From Tubulanus polymorphus (Eukaryota > Animalia > Nemertea), in NCBI RefSeq assembly GCF_964204645.1, contig NC_134028.1, positions 7,688,001 through 7,752,000 of the forward strand: a stretch of 64,000 nucleotides of DNA. Reading direction: 5' to 3'. Positions 14,154 to 28,089 of this stretch are shown piece after piece. The notes under the pieces are model-generated. The model saw nothing but the letters and a program-made list of their open reading frames with translations, was not told the origin of the DNA and made no database searches. The translations under genes and the position numbers were made by a program. Positions within the stretch are counted from its first letter, which is position 1. Every line of letters starts with the position of its first letter.

Positions 14154-14351
14154 TCTGGATTGACCCCTCTCCATGTTGCTTCATTTATGGGACACATGAA
14201 CATCGTGATCTGTCTGATACAACATGGGGCTAACCCAGACTTCCAGACGATTCGTGGCGAAACATCACTTCACCTGGCTGCCCGGGCCAATCAAACTGAT
14301 ATCATACGTATCTTACTGAGAAACAATGCACAAGTCGACGCTAAAGCAAGA
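14154..14351 (+). CDS. Ank2: Ankyrin exon, 2 ANK repeats ([14 protein letters not shown]...DAKAR)
   Basis: ttttag / gtaagt, 198 nt. Confidence 0.96.
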
Positions 14352-14748
14352 GTAAGTAGGAATACAGTCTACACATTTACAGAATCGATTGACTCCTAGA
14401 GCTGGTTTGATAGACCAGTTTTAACTTTAACTTGTTTAGCAGCTCCCTTATTTGACTGCTAGTTGAGAAATAGGTAATAGTAATAAACCCTTTTCATAAT
14501 CACATTATTTAATCCATAAAGGACTTGAGGTGTTTCGAAGTCATACATGTGAGTTTAAGTCCAACTTTAGATTTGAAAAAGGGAAAATGAATGATTTGGA
14601 TTAGATCAAACTTTGCAAATAGGTTCCTGAATTTCGATCTTTATGCTCATTTGTACATCATTTTAAAACAGCTAACTAGTAAGTGAAAAAAGTCATTCAG
14701 GAGTTTAATGGATAAAGAGCCTGATGTTTTTGATCATTTCGTTTCTAG

Positions 14749-14946
14749 GAACAACAAACTCCACTACACATCGCTGCTCGACTGGGTAATGTCGATAACG
14801 TAATGCTGCTCCTGCAACATGGAGCTAACCCAGACGCTACCACTAAAGATTTATACACACCGCTACACATTGCGGCGAAAGAAGGCCAAGAAGAAGTCGC
14901 ACAGGTTCTCCTCGAAAATGGCGCTTCTCACAATCTCACAACTAAG
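14749..14946 (+). CDS. Ank2: Ankyrin exon, 2 ANK repeats ([14 protein letters not shown]...NLTTK)
   Basis: ttctag / gttagt, 198 nt. Confidence 0.95.
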
Positions 14947-15026
14947 GTTAGTTTTCATGAATGCAACCATGAAAGTTTTCTTTTGTATGATAGAAATCAA
15001 TTTCAAATCGTAATTTGTTTTTACAG

Positions 15027-15323
15027 AAGGGATTCACACCACTGCATATGGCGGCCAAATATGGAAATGTCAAAGTTGCAAAGCTCCTCCTACAGAAAGA
15101 CGCCAACCCGAATGTACAAGGCAAAAATGGCGTAACACCTCTGCACGTTGCTGCGCATTATAACCACGATAACGTTGCATTGTTGCTGTTAGAGAAAGGC
15201 GCATCTCCTCATTCTACTGCTAAGAATGGTTACACGCCTCTTCACATAGCTGCAAAGAAAAACCAGATGGATATCGCGACGACTCTGTTGAAACATGGGG
15301 CCAGAACTAACTCAGAATCAAAG
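15027..15323 (+). CDS. Ank2: Ankyrin exon, 3 ANK repeats ([14 protein letters not shown]...NSESK)
   Basis: ttacag / gttcaa (weak donor), 297 nt. Confidence 0.94.
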
Positions 15324-15414
15324 GTTCAAAAACATTTCTTGATAACTATAAGACTTCATGAACCATTTCTGTTGTCATTTCGATTTCGTCATTTTTTGCT
15401 CATGGTAATTTCAG

Positions 15415-15810
15415 AGTGGATTCACACCTTTGCATCTGGCTTCTCAAGAAGGACATACTACCATGGTAGCACTGTTGTTAGAACATGGAGCCGATTCTAA
15501 TATCAAGGCTCGAAACGGACTCACTCCAATGCATCTGGCTGCGCAGGAAGACCGCGTACCGGTCGGACAAGTCTTGAAAAACCACAAAGCCGAAACGAAT
15601 CCCCAGACAAAAGCTGGATACACGCCATTACACACCGCTTGTCATTTCGGTCAGAACAATATGATACGATTCTTACTCGAAGAGGGAGCTGATGTTAACG
15701 CTAAAACAAAGGCTGGTTACACGCCGCTGCATCAAGCCGCTCAGCAAGGTCATGTCCAAGTCGTACAGGCCTTACTCAAAAATGGAGCTTCACCTAATGA
15801 AGTTTCAAAC
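15415..15810 (+). CDS. Ank2: Ankyrin exon, 4 ANK repeats ([14 protein letters not shown]...PNEVSN)
   Basis: tttcag / gtatgt, 396 nt. Confidence 0.95.
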
Positions 15811-15997
15811 GTATGTATTGCCATCAGCTATCAAAATCTGAGTTTGAGTCGTTTGAGTCTTGGAGTAATAAGAATCGACTGATAAAAAGTAACATTCATG
15901 AATCTTCGCGTAAAAACTGGGTATTCGCGTTCTTTTCGAAAATAGTTTGTCATTTCTGTTGACAGTTCCCTACTTAGTCATTCTATCTCTTCTCCCT

Positions 15998-16287
15998 AAA
16001 CACGTCTAATATCTATTGAAGAATTCTTACAATCTTGAATGAAGAGAATTCAGTTGCCTACCCTGGAATCATTTAGAAATGTTAGTACCTTATGTTCCTC
16101 TAGAGTCGTATACAGTAGACTTTTTTTCTATTCTCTCCCCAGAATAAGTCTTATATCTATGGAAGAGTTCTTATAATCTTGAATGAAGAGAATTCATTTG
16201 CCTACCTCGCAATCATTTAGAAATTTTAGTACCTGATGTTCCTCTTTAGAGTCATATATGGCAGGATTTTTTCTATTCTCTCCTCAG
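15998..16287 (+). repeat. About 145-bp tandem duplication that includes the splice acceptor
   Basis: aatcttgaatgaagagaattca...aatcatttagaaat...ttttttctattctctcc occurs twice. Confidence 0.9.
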
Positions 16288-16462
16288 AACGGCCAGACAC
16301 CGCTGTCGATTGCTCAGCGTCTGGGATACATCTCAGTCGTCGAGATATTGAAGAGCGTTACGGACGCCGTACCGACGCAAGAGGCCGGAGAAGAACGCTA
16401 CAAGGTCGTCGCTCCGGAAACCATGCAGGAGGGATTCATGACCGATTCGGAGGATGAAGGAG
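16288..16462 (+). CDS. Ank2: Last ANK repeat plus linker start (NGQTPLSIAQRLGYISVVE...PETMQEGFMTDSEDEG)
   Basis: cctcag / gttagt, 175 nt, phase 0-1; conserved PETM..SEDEG motif. Confidence 0.95.
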
Positions 16463-19151
16463 GTTAGTGATCGTTCATCGTTATCGGTGTTTTATCCTAG
16501 CTTTAACCCTGTTCCCCGTGAATAAATGTACTTTTTCAGTCGAGACACGGGTAAGTATTCGTGTGGAGAAATTTTCAGTTTTTACACCTCGGCGTGACAA
16601 GAGGTTCAGGACGATGCTTTTTGCACATTCGCCGGCACTTGCTTTAAACGAAAGCACATCATACGTTTTCCCTACCTCTGTAACGGATTCGAGTGTTTAC
16701 GAAATGAATACTCATAGTCATAGGATTTCATAGTCTTCTCATTTTTTTAAACGCGATATTTATCTAGAGACCGTATCCCAATATTCAACGTTGACCGGTA
16801 TGTAAATATGCAAAAGTATATCCACCCCTCAGAATATGAAAGAATATGAAATTACGCTCGAATGATTTCAAGAATAAGGTGGTTAACCATGAAGGGATAG
16901 ATAAACACCATTGATAATTACATGGGTAATCGTGTAAGATATAGGGTGCAGTCGTGGGCGGTCCTAAGTTTTTCGCTTAGTTGTAGTTCATTCTTCGCAG
17001 CAATTTCTTAGAATGATATGAACTAAACGAAAATAAGTCTGAGTAATTACGTTTGGAAGAGATTCATTAAATCTATACCATTGATTTTGATGTGATTTGT
17101 GTAAATTTTCAGAGAAATTTGGTAGGAATCAAGCCGTTATAGATATTGATTGGGAAATCTTCTAAAAACCTTTTGCTCGGGTCTAAATCTAATCTGATAT
17201 CTGTTGAATTACTGATTATCAACTTCTTTGTAGCCAAAGTATAACTTGCTTAGAATATATCCTTCATACAATGAGTACAGTACACTCTAAAGTTTGGACA
17301 TTTGAGCCTTGCGTCCTTTTGACCATTAAAAAGTTAAGGGATGGCCATATATGAACACATTGGATATGTCCTGAAGCAAAGTGTTAATCAGAGTTTACTG
17401 TAACGTTGTACTATTTTCAGCTTTTATTCTCTGTTAGAAATAACTGTAAATTCTTGCCCAGGTTCTAGGGTTCTGTTTCATGTAAATAACTTTTTTAGTT
17501 ATTGTCAACATCTTTTCATGTATGCAGAATCAAATGATGTATTATTCTAAAATGAAAGAAAGATACCTACAATTCTGAAATGTAGAAAACCCATTATCAC
17601 AAATATATTTAACATTTTTATTATGGGTTTTCTACATTTTGCTTGCAAGACAGCCGGTCTCTTAGTAGGTCTGATGATCTGCTTCTAGCAACAGCACTAT
17701 ATAACCTGCTTAGCAACAGGTATAGTTCCCTCAAGGTACAAACTAAATTCTAGACTTAATCAATTCCACAAATGCACTTTTTAAACTAATCCTATATACC
17801 TCGAAGGAACTGCGCCTGTGAAGTCACTAACCTATCAACGATCAAAACTCGACAATCATAATAATGATTCGCATTACCTACGCAATGACAAAATGTCGTA
17901 GGTGAATGTGTATGTATTGATTGAGACATATCAATATGTAGTATATACCGAACTCATAACAATATTCAATAAAATTGGCTTCGACACGAGTGGGCAATTT
18001 TATGAAAATACCGTATGTTCGAAGTCGATTTTTTTCATCGGTCGATGTAGTTAGGTATATATTACATATGAAACCATTTCTTTCATAACTGTTCGGTTCA
18101 CATCAGTTCTCGACTCGAATGATATTTTCTGTTTTTCACTTGAGGTCGGATTTTTCGAGTCAGAATCCTGTGAAATGCACAGTCTATTTGGTCGGCAATG
18201 CTGTAGTTTCCCTCGTATTATCCATGTGATGACTTAATTGCCAATTGTAAATTTTTCTTATCATTAGAGCCGGTTTCACATCAAGTGTAAAACTTGCTTT
18301 TGATTCTGCAGAGTGAAATCGACGCACAACTGTGGAATTAGCTATGTGACTGATTTCACAGACTCTCAATCAAAGTTACCGCTAGCAAATAAATCCTACA
18401 GCATTGCCATAGCCTCATGGTAACTCATGTAATCTCAAAATGAATTCTGAAATTAAAGGACTAAGAATGTTCAATCCTATTATTGAATTGCATGGAACTA
18501 GTCTGAAAACCCTTTGAATATAGCGGTAGTGAATTTAATGGCTGTCTCTTTGATTTGCTATCGATGCTGATAGGAAATCTATCGTACAAAAAGCGTCAGA
18601 TTTTGAAATACATGTTACATTTTCTTGATTTTTGAGCATTAGGCTATCATCGAAGTAAACATGAATATTACAAACATTGACAGCTTCAGACTTCCAAAAC
18701 TTATACATATTTAGTCCTTTAAATATTGGACAAATATTCGTTGAATATTGTCCAAAACGGTAACCGCTAATAATGGAAATGTTTTGATTAATGGAATAAG
18801 GTTATTAGACTGAATGGGCCTCATTATTACTAGATGAACATTGTACAATATTTCAAACTCAGTTTCATGAAATGAAATCCTGATTGTTCACTTTCTAAAT
18901 GGTTTTGACCTTTTGGATTTTGTGAAACTGCAATTGGGTAGGTATAACGTTTAATCTTAGTTTTTTCTGAGGCGTCCATTATCACGATAAGCACTTAATG
19001 CACTTAATAGATGATATAAAGTCAACATTTTTTAAAGCGTTTCAGTTCATTCTAATATTGTAACACGTCGAGCTAATTTGGTTAAGGAAAAATAATATGC
19101 GATTTATCTGTAAACATGATAATCCACGTTTGAATGCTTTGTTACGCACAG

Positions 19152-19238
19152 AGGTAGAAGAGGGCCAGATGCACACAATTCGGCGTCTTAAGAAGGAAAA
19201 AGATAGGAATCAATATCCCCAACAAGATAACGCTGATG
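19152..19238 (+). CDS. Ank2: Candidate linker cassette exon (EVEEGQMHTIRRLKKEKDRNQYPQQDNAD)
   Basis: gcacag / gtagat, 87 nt, phase 1-1, open frame, ACTAAC downstream. Confidence 0.7.
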
Positions 19239-20108
19239 GTAGATATTTGTTCTAAAAAAAATACTAACCATTTTTAACCCTAATTGAATCTTAACATCAC
19301 TATACTCTTGATACCGAAAATGCATCACAAAAATGAATGAGATCAGTCCGTTGTCTGGCAACTGCGCTTCGTAACCCGTCTTTATGCACGGGTTTATTTC
19401 ATATCGGCCATCTTAGATTCAGTTGCTTAGCAACCATTCTATTGTCTTTTGGTGCGAGTTAATTAGCTATTTCTGCGTTGTGATTATGAATGGGGATAGA
19501 ATGACATTTGTAGACCTTTGAAGTCGAGAAGTTGATGCGTACGGAGTATGAAGTGATACTAAGATTGATTGATTGAAGCAGATGTGTTAAATGTGGAAAG
19601 ATTTGCAGAGATGATTTCATAATTTCCATTTTCTGATTTTATTATAGGCTACTCAGCTTATTTAGGTATTGTATCGTAGTATATCTTTAAGAAGGGTATT
19701 GTGGTCTCGGGTGGTATCGGCATCATTTCATCAGTTCTGTGTCTACCACGTCATTACAACTGTTAAATCACACACATGTTGAACTGTTCGGTTGAAATCC
19801 GAATATTGCTTGCTATCGTCAGTAGATAGAATGGGTCAGAAACGGCACAGATTTTAGGCCTGAAACTCACAATTTCACTACCTACAAATTAGACAAACAA
19901 AAGGTGTTGAATACTACGATTGGGTTGCATCATCTCTGCCAATTTTACCCATCCAAGTAAAATTTCGAAAATGCTTCATGAAAAACGAAAATTGTACTGA
20001 ATTTGAAATGAAATTTTGTATTCACGTTTGACGATTTTTAAAGCTTATATTAACAAACTTAACAACATTTTTAAAAATTCTGCACTTGACTGACACCGAT
20101 TGAAAATC

Positions 20109-20222
20109 CAGGGCCCAGTTCCACAGTTCTGAGTTAAGATTTGACTCTGGGTTAACTCATTGAAAATGAACTAACTTTAACTCAAGGTTAACTCTAACTA
20201 ACGACTGTGGAACTGGGTCCAG
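20109..20222. mobile_element. Short MITE, CCAGTTCCAC-TIR family
   Basis: TIR cccagttccacagt / actgtggaactggg; shares gagttaagatttgactc..gttaactcattgaaaatgaactaa with the 13491 copy. Confidence 0.85.
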
Positions 20223-20691
20223 TGTATCGAAAGATTTTGTAAAAATGCAGATTGAAGATGACCATGCTTGGTGGCTATGGGAGTCCAATTGCTTCGATTA
20301 CCGGTAGATTTAGTTTTAAACTGGAGTGACCGTTCGTAGTTCCTAGCATGTCTAAAGCCTTGTAGTTGTATCTGAAGATTCAGACTTAATTCATAATACA
20401 ATATTAACCAATTCTAAAGAGTCGGTGAGGACTGAAAAATTGGACCATGATAAGAAAATGCCACTTATGGCAACAATTGAACCTGCAGTAAATGTAAGGC
20501 CTTACAGTTTAACATCTTTCATTAGAGTTCATCATACTTTACTATAAACTCACTACTGGTCACTTCAGTTATCGTCATTTATTATTCAGTTCCTACTTTC
20601 AATTCGTGTTTTCCATCCCACTGTGTTCTATTTTTTCGGTATTCGACACGTTTTTTTCGTTTTCTTTATTTTTGCATGCTGATTTTTTCAG

Positions 20692-20739
20692 AAGACGGAC
20701 GCGGTGTTTTCGATGAGACGATTCAATATCGTAATAAAA
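20692..20739 (+). CDS. Ank2: Candidate linker cassette exon (EDGRGVFDETIQYRNK)
   Basis: Long pyrimidine tract with TGCATG, then ttttcag; donor gtaggc (48 nt) or gtaata after 20730 (39 nt), both phase 1-1. Confidence 0.65.
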
Positions 20740-21027
20740 GTAGGCTTTTCCCTTTACTACATAACGCTATATATATACATCAACTAAAGGCACTGAATAC
20801 AGACGGTTAAATAAGTTTCGCTTATCCCGTCATGATGACATTTCCTCTCTAATTTCGATCACAACTGATTATACGTTTCCCAGTAGATGGCACTCTGTGC
20901 ATCCATCCCACTCTTATTCAGTGCCTGAAGTCATTGATTAATCCAGACGTCAGATGATCATTCAAATGATAGTTATTTAACCGAATTATAGAATGTTCTA
21001 TCGTATCCAAACTGAAACCCCTCCTTC

Positions 21028-21028
<1 letters not shown>

Positions 21029-21118
<90 letters not shown>
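21029..21118. repeat. (TA)45 microsatellite
   Basis: Uninterrupted TA run. Confidence 0.98.
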
Positions 21119-21119
<1 letters not shown>

Positions 21120-22163
21120 GTATGTATAATACATATACATATACAATAGTATGAATACATTAGAAACTTATGAAATGAAATGATTGCAAGATAAAGCTCG
21201 CTACAAATTATCGCTTCTAAAATCTGCTTTCCGTCTATTTGTTTTAATCTTCTCATAACGTTAAGTTTCTTCCTAGAATACTGGTGATAATGCCCACACT
21301 ATAATCGCCCTTTCCATCTGAAATAAGCTAGAAGCCAAATTCAAAAAATTTCCGCTTTAATCTACCTCGATAGATCTAACTTGAAATCTAACTCCCAAAC
21401 TTCTGAAAGTGGTTTACTGCTGACATTGATTACTTCTTCTTTCCTTAAATCTAATTGCATCTGCTTATAACAGACCAATTGATACATCATTCAACTCAAA
21501 GCATTTATTAATGTTGCCTCATTCTTTAAATTTGGTTAATTACGTACAATGAAGCTAAAATCAACACTGTTAGATCGGAGATTTCGACATATTACTTCTG
21601 TCAAAGAGGTGAGGATTATCGATTTAGTTAGTGATGTATCAATTGGATATCTTAAAAGGAATAAACGCTTCATACAAAACTTCTCTTGAATGATTATGAT
21701 CATCTTTGCGATCATTTACTGGCGGAGGGGGGATGTTATGAATGAAATAATGCAGAAGTTTTGTATTGAAGCTATGATTAGAAAAGTGACAAATTTACGC
21801 TGTTGCTTAAAACGAATGATTAAATATTTGGATGAAAAGTATAAATTGCTGTATTCTTGTTGTCTTGATTTTATAAGAAAATGTGAATAATTGAAATAGA
21901 TAATTCGCAATAATTCTTTAATCTTAAATACTATGTAATTCAATTAAACCAATATTCAGTCTCTTAAAAGTTAATTTCATTTTCGATTTAATTTCGATTT
22001 TGTTAATTTTGTTTAACGGGGAACATTTCAACTGTGATCATTTCGGCTTAGTTACTACAAAACACGGTTCTGAAATGTTGCCTTAATTATTATTTCTGTA
22101 TGAATGTTGTGTCTTATGTTTGTTTTATTGTTTTTTTTTCCTTTGACTCCGTCTCACGTGTAG

Positions 22164-22343
22164 GACGTCAGAAACAACTGTTGAGCACAACAGATGACTT
22201 TTCGCAAGGGCTGTCGCTGTCGACCGAGGAGCTGAAACGCGAAATGGACTACGGCGGCGGACGGCTGCTAAGCGCTGGCTCAACAATCGGCCGAGATACG
22301 ATGCACAGTCGAGATACACTAATCAGTCGAGATACGCTGAAAA
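22164..22343 (+). CDS. Ank2: Candidate linker cassette exon (RQKQLLSTTDDFSQG...SRDTLK)
   Basis: gtgtag / gtacga, 180 nt, phase 1-1, GC-rich coding-like island. Confidence 0.75.
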
Positions 22344-25097
22344 GTACGAAATCTAATCAATTCTAACTTTTCACTAACATATATTTGTGAATAAGGAGGT
22401 CATAAGACAGTTATTATGCCTTCAGGGTCTAACATAGCTTTCAACAAACAAGGACCTGGATCAGTTGGATCGCATTTGGTTGTTTTTGGGTTAAGAATCC
22501 GGAAATGACAAACTAAGTCTTTCGGCTGGTAATAAAGCAAGCTTTCTTTTAACCAAGACTAAGGAGAGTCTCTTCGTGAAAATCCTGTTGTCTGAATCTT
22601 ACATTACTTTTTAAAATCTACTGGCTTTTCTAATGTATTTGGCTGATTGATGTCAACCAGCTAAATGCTTTGCTTTTATGACCAAGGTTTCCCTCATAAC
22701 TGAAATCAGCTTTTTTATGTAAATGTGTCAAAGAATGTATTTGATGAAGTAATTGGATGCAGTTTTTATTTTCATGGTGTTTTTGTACATTTCATGTGAT
22801 GGAATTCTGCAGCGATGGCTGTTGAAATATTCGTAAATATCTTTTGTGCGAGGGCATTGTTTTGTGAATGATGATTTCCATGTTAAGCCCCTGTCCTGTC
22901 GTTGTCCATGTTAGCTTTCCAAGCAAACACAAATATGAGGTGTCTAGATTTATCAATCCAGTTGCCTCTTGATAAGTAACGTGGCCATACAAAAAGATTG
23001 ATTTTATCGAAATTGGTCTCTTAAAAATAGGAGCAGCCGCGCCATTTTTGATTTGGGGCTCGTGTATCATAATTATAACGTATGGAAAGTTTAGGGGGTT
23101 ATGCAGTAAACTTTGCAAAGTTTAAAGGTTGAAGACAGAGATATTGTCTCTCAGATGGTAGGCAGATGTGCACTATGACTTGCCAGTGATGCCCTTCGCA
23201 AGATCACTAAAAAACAAGCCTAACGTAATGTTCAAACGAAAATTGTTGATTTTACATTCTTTAAATGTTCGTAATCCCTGAATTCAATCATCTTGAAAAA
23301 AATCGATGCTGATTTTGCATGAATTCATCGTATCTATTTTCATTTGGCTTCGGAATGAATTCTTGATTTTGAATTTTTTTTTCTTCAATTGACCGTTGCG
23401 TAGGTGATGATCTTATGCCTCACTCCCCGTTATTCGGTCGACCTATATCTGAACAACACGTCTATCTCCCTTATTACGAGGGCCTTAAGCTACAATCCAG
23501 TAAGTCTTTGGGCGTATATGTATTTATTTTTTCAAACCCATCTATATTGTCGAGCAAGAGTTCCAGTCAGTTCGCGGTTTCTTTTTAACCCTTCGGACGC
23601 TATTTTCAGGTTCGCCACACCCAGTTGGCAGCTTGTCTCCAGAAAAGTGGAGATAGGGAAATTGATCATTGGTGTTAAACAGGATATATCTTTTGGCACC
23701 AACAGTCAACTATAGAATCAGTGTGTATGTGTTAAAGTCATTGGCAGCACCTGGATAGTCACAAGCCGAAGGGTTAATCATTGAATGATTGATAAATCAG
23801 CTTATAATCATAAATCGTTACCTGGTTGTCTTGCGTATGTGCTTTCCCTTTTATATTCAGTTGCTCTTTTTTCTTTTTCTTGTATTGTGGTTGTGTATCA
23901 ATAAGTGTTGTCCTACTCAGTTTTGTATTTGTATACCTCTCGTTGCGCTCATTTCTGACTATCATCAAGCATCTATCTAAATCAGAAAGACCAAATTTTA
24001 GCGTGGGTCGAATTATTGCATATCAATTGCAACTGGTTCCGAAAGTGACTCACTTTGCTTTGTTTAAGTATTGTTTAGTATCGAGTGAGTGGTTTACGTG
24101 TGACAGCGCTCTCTAATTAGGCATGGGCCAAATTTTACTCAGGCATGATCCGTGCCAATTTGGCCCGGGCCAAATCATCTCCTAGTGATCACGGCTATAA
24201 TCTCTGAGAAGTCCATAAAACACAACGTTGCTATTTTAGAGCCCTCCTTAATCATCACTTATCAATATCAAAAGGTCCAGTTTGTTAGGTGTGACCACTA
24301 CGTTCAGCTGAAATAAATTCGATGCTAGCTTCTTTGTAGAAATTGGTAGTTTGACCACCATATCATTTATCATTAATTCAGAGTTAGTATCCCTGCTGTA
24401 TTATCCTTATGACATTTTCCAATGGTCTCTGGGTTACCATCATTTTACGGCATTTTGTCCAATTGCAATCCTCAATGTACACATTGGATAAACTAGTTTA
24501 GCGCGCTGCAATTGTGTTGAAGTTCACTTTGTACCGAAACACCATGAAAATAATTTTTGTATCACGCAGATGAATATACGTGAAAAGGGGTGGTAGAAAT
24601 AGGGATGGATGCTTCACGGAAATATCATTTGTCAAAGGGAACCTTACAGACTCAAAATCAGTCATATATAGATAATTATAACAAACAATGTGAATGTAAA
24701 AAACAAAAGACATCCAGTGGCTCTAGCTATCTGATCTACTTGATTGGACTGCTCGGTCCTAGAGGTATCATATTCAGTCTTGTCCTCTTTCTTGTCTTGT
24801 CTACAAGGACGAATGGCCCATTTTAGCTACTGGATAATTTTAGTGGCTCCTATTTTCCAAATGGATTTGTCCATCCTATACAATTGGATGCCCTTTTCCT
24901 TTAAGATTAGAAGAATGATATATAGAATGAAAGGGTGCGTCACTCATGCCAAAAATTAATTTGGCTATATCTATTAAGAACGGGGGGGGGGGGGGTATGT
25001 CTCGCCTCATTTGCTATGAAGTTAGATTGCCATAAACCAAGACTTATGGCCACGAAATATCTCATCTTTGTATGTAACTTAGATTTTATTTATACAG

Positions 25098-25151
25098 GCT
25101 ATAATGAGTCTGGAACGATGAGTAGACCTCTATCTGCCACTCCCGAGAAAG
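25098..25151 (+). CDS. Ank2: Candidate linker cassette exon (YNESGTMSRPLSATPEK)
   Basis: atacag / gtatcg, 54 nt, phase 1-1. Confidence 0.7.
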
Positions 25152-25714
25152 GTATCGTTTTCACGCGCACTTCTTTCCCCCCACCCTCGAGTTAGAAAAT
25201 CAACTGCTTTTTCCTTTGAGAATGTGTATCCTCTCTGCTCGTGATCTTAGAAATCGAATCATTCTCTCATTCATGATTTTCAGGTCGCCGTGATAGATTT
25301 ATATTTGGTGTTATGATATTAAAGTAGACTCGACCTTTCTCGGTTGAGTTGTACTGGATATTTGAATATCATGACATCCAACAGAAAGGCATCGGTGTAA
25401 TTTCATACAATCATAAAACATAGTAGAATCAGAAATCCTCAGTAAATTCAAACTTTTATGTTGATTTCTACACGTTTCTACTTGCTCAATAGGACTCAAA
25501 ATGATCATCTGCTTATCGTAAAAAAACTGTAGCATCTTTAATTTTCAGTTAACTTCGTAATTTGTGTCTGCTAAAACTAGTTCTACTCATTAGAACAAAC
25601 TATACACTTTATTGTTCTATAGTTTGAAATGGGTTTTGATAGGTAAAAGGTCTGACAGACGTCAGTATATGTTGTAGATGGGTTGAGACCTATAAGGTTG
25701 TAAAATGTTGGCGT

Positions 25715-25845
25715 GGGCCCAGTTTCACGAAAAAATTGACTCAAATTTTTTGGTGTAATCGCTATTGGTTACTTCATGTTTTCAATGAGGACAGTAATTC
25801 AGAATGAACTGTTTTAGGCTTAAACTTTTACGTGAAACTGGGCCC
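25715..25845. mobile_element. Short MITE, related TIR (gggcccagtttcacg)
   Basis: Perfect 15-bp TIR gggcccagtttcacg / cgtgaaactgggccc. Confidence 0.8.
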
Positions 25846-25867
25846 TGGTATATGTAAACTAAATCTT

Positions 25868-26483
25868 AAGCCAGGTTCAGAGCGAGGTTATGACACAACT
25901 CTACTGTCCGCGACTACTGCTGATGATCGTATTTTTTGTCGTGCGACAATCGTTGCATATGTCATCGGTGACTGGAGTTTCAAATGTTCTATTCCTACAA
26001 CGCGCCGCAACCGGTTGCAGTTCATTGCTTATTAACTCAAGCCAATCACAGTTAAGGAATGAACGTTGGAAATTCCTGTGACAAATCGATATCCTTTCAA
26101 ATTATATGTCAAAGATTGATATGTAAAGATGATATTTTTAAAGTCCTTGTTTTGCAATCGAGAGATATGAAATAGTGTTGGCCATTCGGAACTCGAGATA
26201 GCGTTTCAGCAAATGTTTATGTTCGATTGATCCTCAGATGGCTGTGGTGTTGGACGAGACGAGAAGTCATTCACTTCTTGCTCCAGCACTGTGGCCTGGC
26301 AAATCAACATGGCCTGCATTCTGGGTGACACCACAGAAAAAACGGTGTTGATGTGAGCGCACTCGTGGTCAGTCATATGACTGATCGCAATTTTAAGCGA
26401 TATTGCTAAATTCGATCTGAGTTTTATGTTACAATAGCCACCCGCAGTTGAGTCGCATTGCCACGTCGATCTGAGCCTGGCTT
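25868..26483. mobile_element. Degenerate non-autonomous TIR element
   Basis: aagccaggttcagagcga / tcgatctgagcctggctt terminal inverted repeat. Confidence 0.6.
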
Positions 26484-27220
26484 CTTATTTCCTAGGTCAT
26501 CTGATCATATAGGTACAGGTTATTTACCAGGATCCATCTCCTACAGACTACCAAAGTTTAGAAAAGAAATCTCAATTTTAGAATTGAAACTCTGATATCA
26601 ACAGCTTTTAAATAGATACCTTGATCTCTACAAATTTCGATTAGAAACCATTTCGATTATCTGAATTTTGACAGATGGCAGAACCTGAAAGAACTTATCT
26701 TAATTCATAAAGCATCCTTAATGCTTACTTGGTCTATTATGACTATTCATAAAGAATGTCACATTACTGACCCTCACTGGTTTATTGCTTGATGCTGATA
26801 TAATGTAGTGAGAAATATCACGTTTCTAAAACCCGAACACTGGCAGCAAGTATTTAACTGCAACAGAACCCAGTTCCTCAATGTCACGCGTTCACCAATT
26901 TCTACAGTTTTCCGCAATTTATTTCCAATTTATCCAACCATAGAGTCGGATTTTGATCCAAAACTCAAGAACAGTGGAACTGGGTCTCGGGCTGTAACCT
27001 TGGAATATGATTTGGATGCTTAAAACGAATTTAGAAATTGCCACATATTTCTAGATACTGTTCATAAACCTGTATGAAAATGATTTTTTATCAATCAGCT
27101 TCAAACCATATATACACCCATGTATCGAAAATTCATCCAAGAAAATTGAATATTTTGCAGATGTATGAATAAACAAATTCGCTTTTTCCTAATATTCGAG
27201 AATTTGAAAATTTATTTTAG

Positions 27221-27312
27221 GTGAGGATACGATCCTCGGTGACCAATATTATGGCAATCTGCAGACAGAAGCCGATATGAAATACATGCTTGAAGATTCT
27301 TCTCTTTCAAAG
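27221..27312 (+). CDS. Ank2: Linker exon (GEDTILGDQYYGNLQTEADMKYMLEDSSLSK)
   Basis: ttttag / gtaagg, phase 1-0; resembles the GEDT/GDDT...DDS linker of canonical ankyrins and is needed for phase continuity. Confidence 0.88.
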
Positions 27313-28089
27313 GTAAGGCTCTTTTACGATTTGCAATCCCAGGTATGTATGTTGATATTGTGTAATTGCAATGCCCTTAGTCAATCCCGCAATTGGAACA
27401 GCTTTTAAGCACGTTCGATATCAAAATTTGCCTCTATTCTTGGTGGAAATTATTAAAAAATGTATTCATTTGATTTATGTGAGCATTTATGATTTGTGCA
27501 CTTATTGTGGTATATATATGTTTTGGGGGTTTTTTTCTGTGTAAATTCATTTATAATTTCGATGGTTACTGGTAGCAATTTCCATTTGATGAGTCAAATA
27601 CAACGCTATCCCGATAATAGTTCTATGACAGTGAAATGGTCGCAATTAACAAAATAGGAGAAATTAACTAAATCTCTGCGCATTTTGGAAGTTCAATAAT
27701 GAGGGCATATACACACAACGTGCATTCCAAACTAAATCAAAACTGCCCATTCTGAAAAATTATCTTGTCGCTAACCTCTTTTGATCGCCAGACAGCTGCA
27801 ACTTAATACAGATATCTGTATAGGAGGCTTTTCGATGGTCATTTTGATAAAAGGACATTTGTATTGTTAGCGATATGGTAATCTAGTGGTTAGCAGACAA
27901 ATGCTTGCAATATAGGTTCACCTTTACAGAGGACATGATACTTTTACTCACTATAACATTTGAAGTTGGAAGGCAACCAATTTTTGTCCCAGAAATATAA
28001 TGAAAAGTTGTATTTTACTCTGACAATGGAAACTGGCTTTGTTTTATTTTTTTCGGTTTTGTTTGATGTTGTTAATTATTTATGTATAG

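Noticed and set aside
17578-17639. 17-bp perfect inverted repeat as a pre-miRNA or terminator
   Set aside because: AT-rich isolated hairpin, most likely a MITE remnant; no further support
20918-21256. 112-aa ORF with a YI repeat
   Set aside because: Translation of the (TA)45 microsatellite
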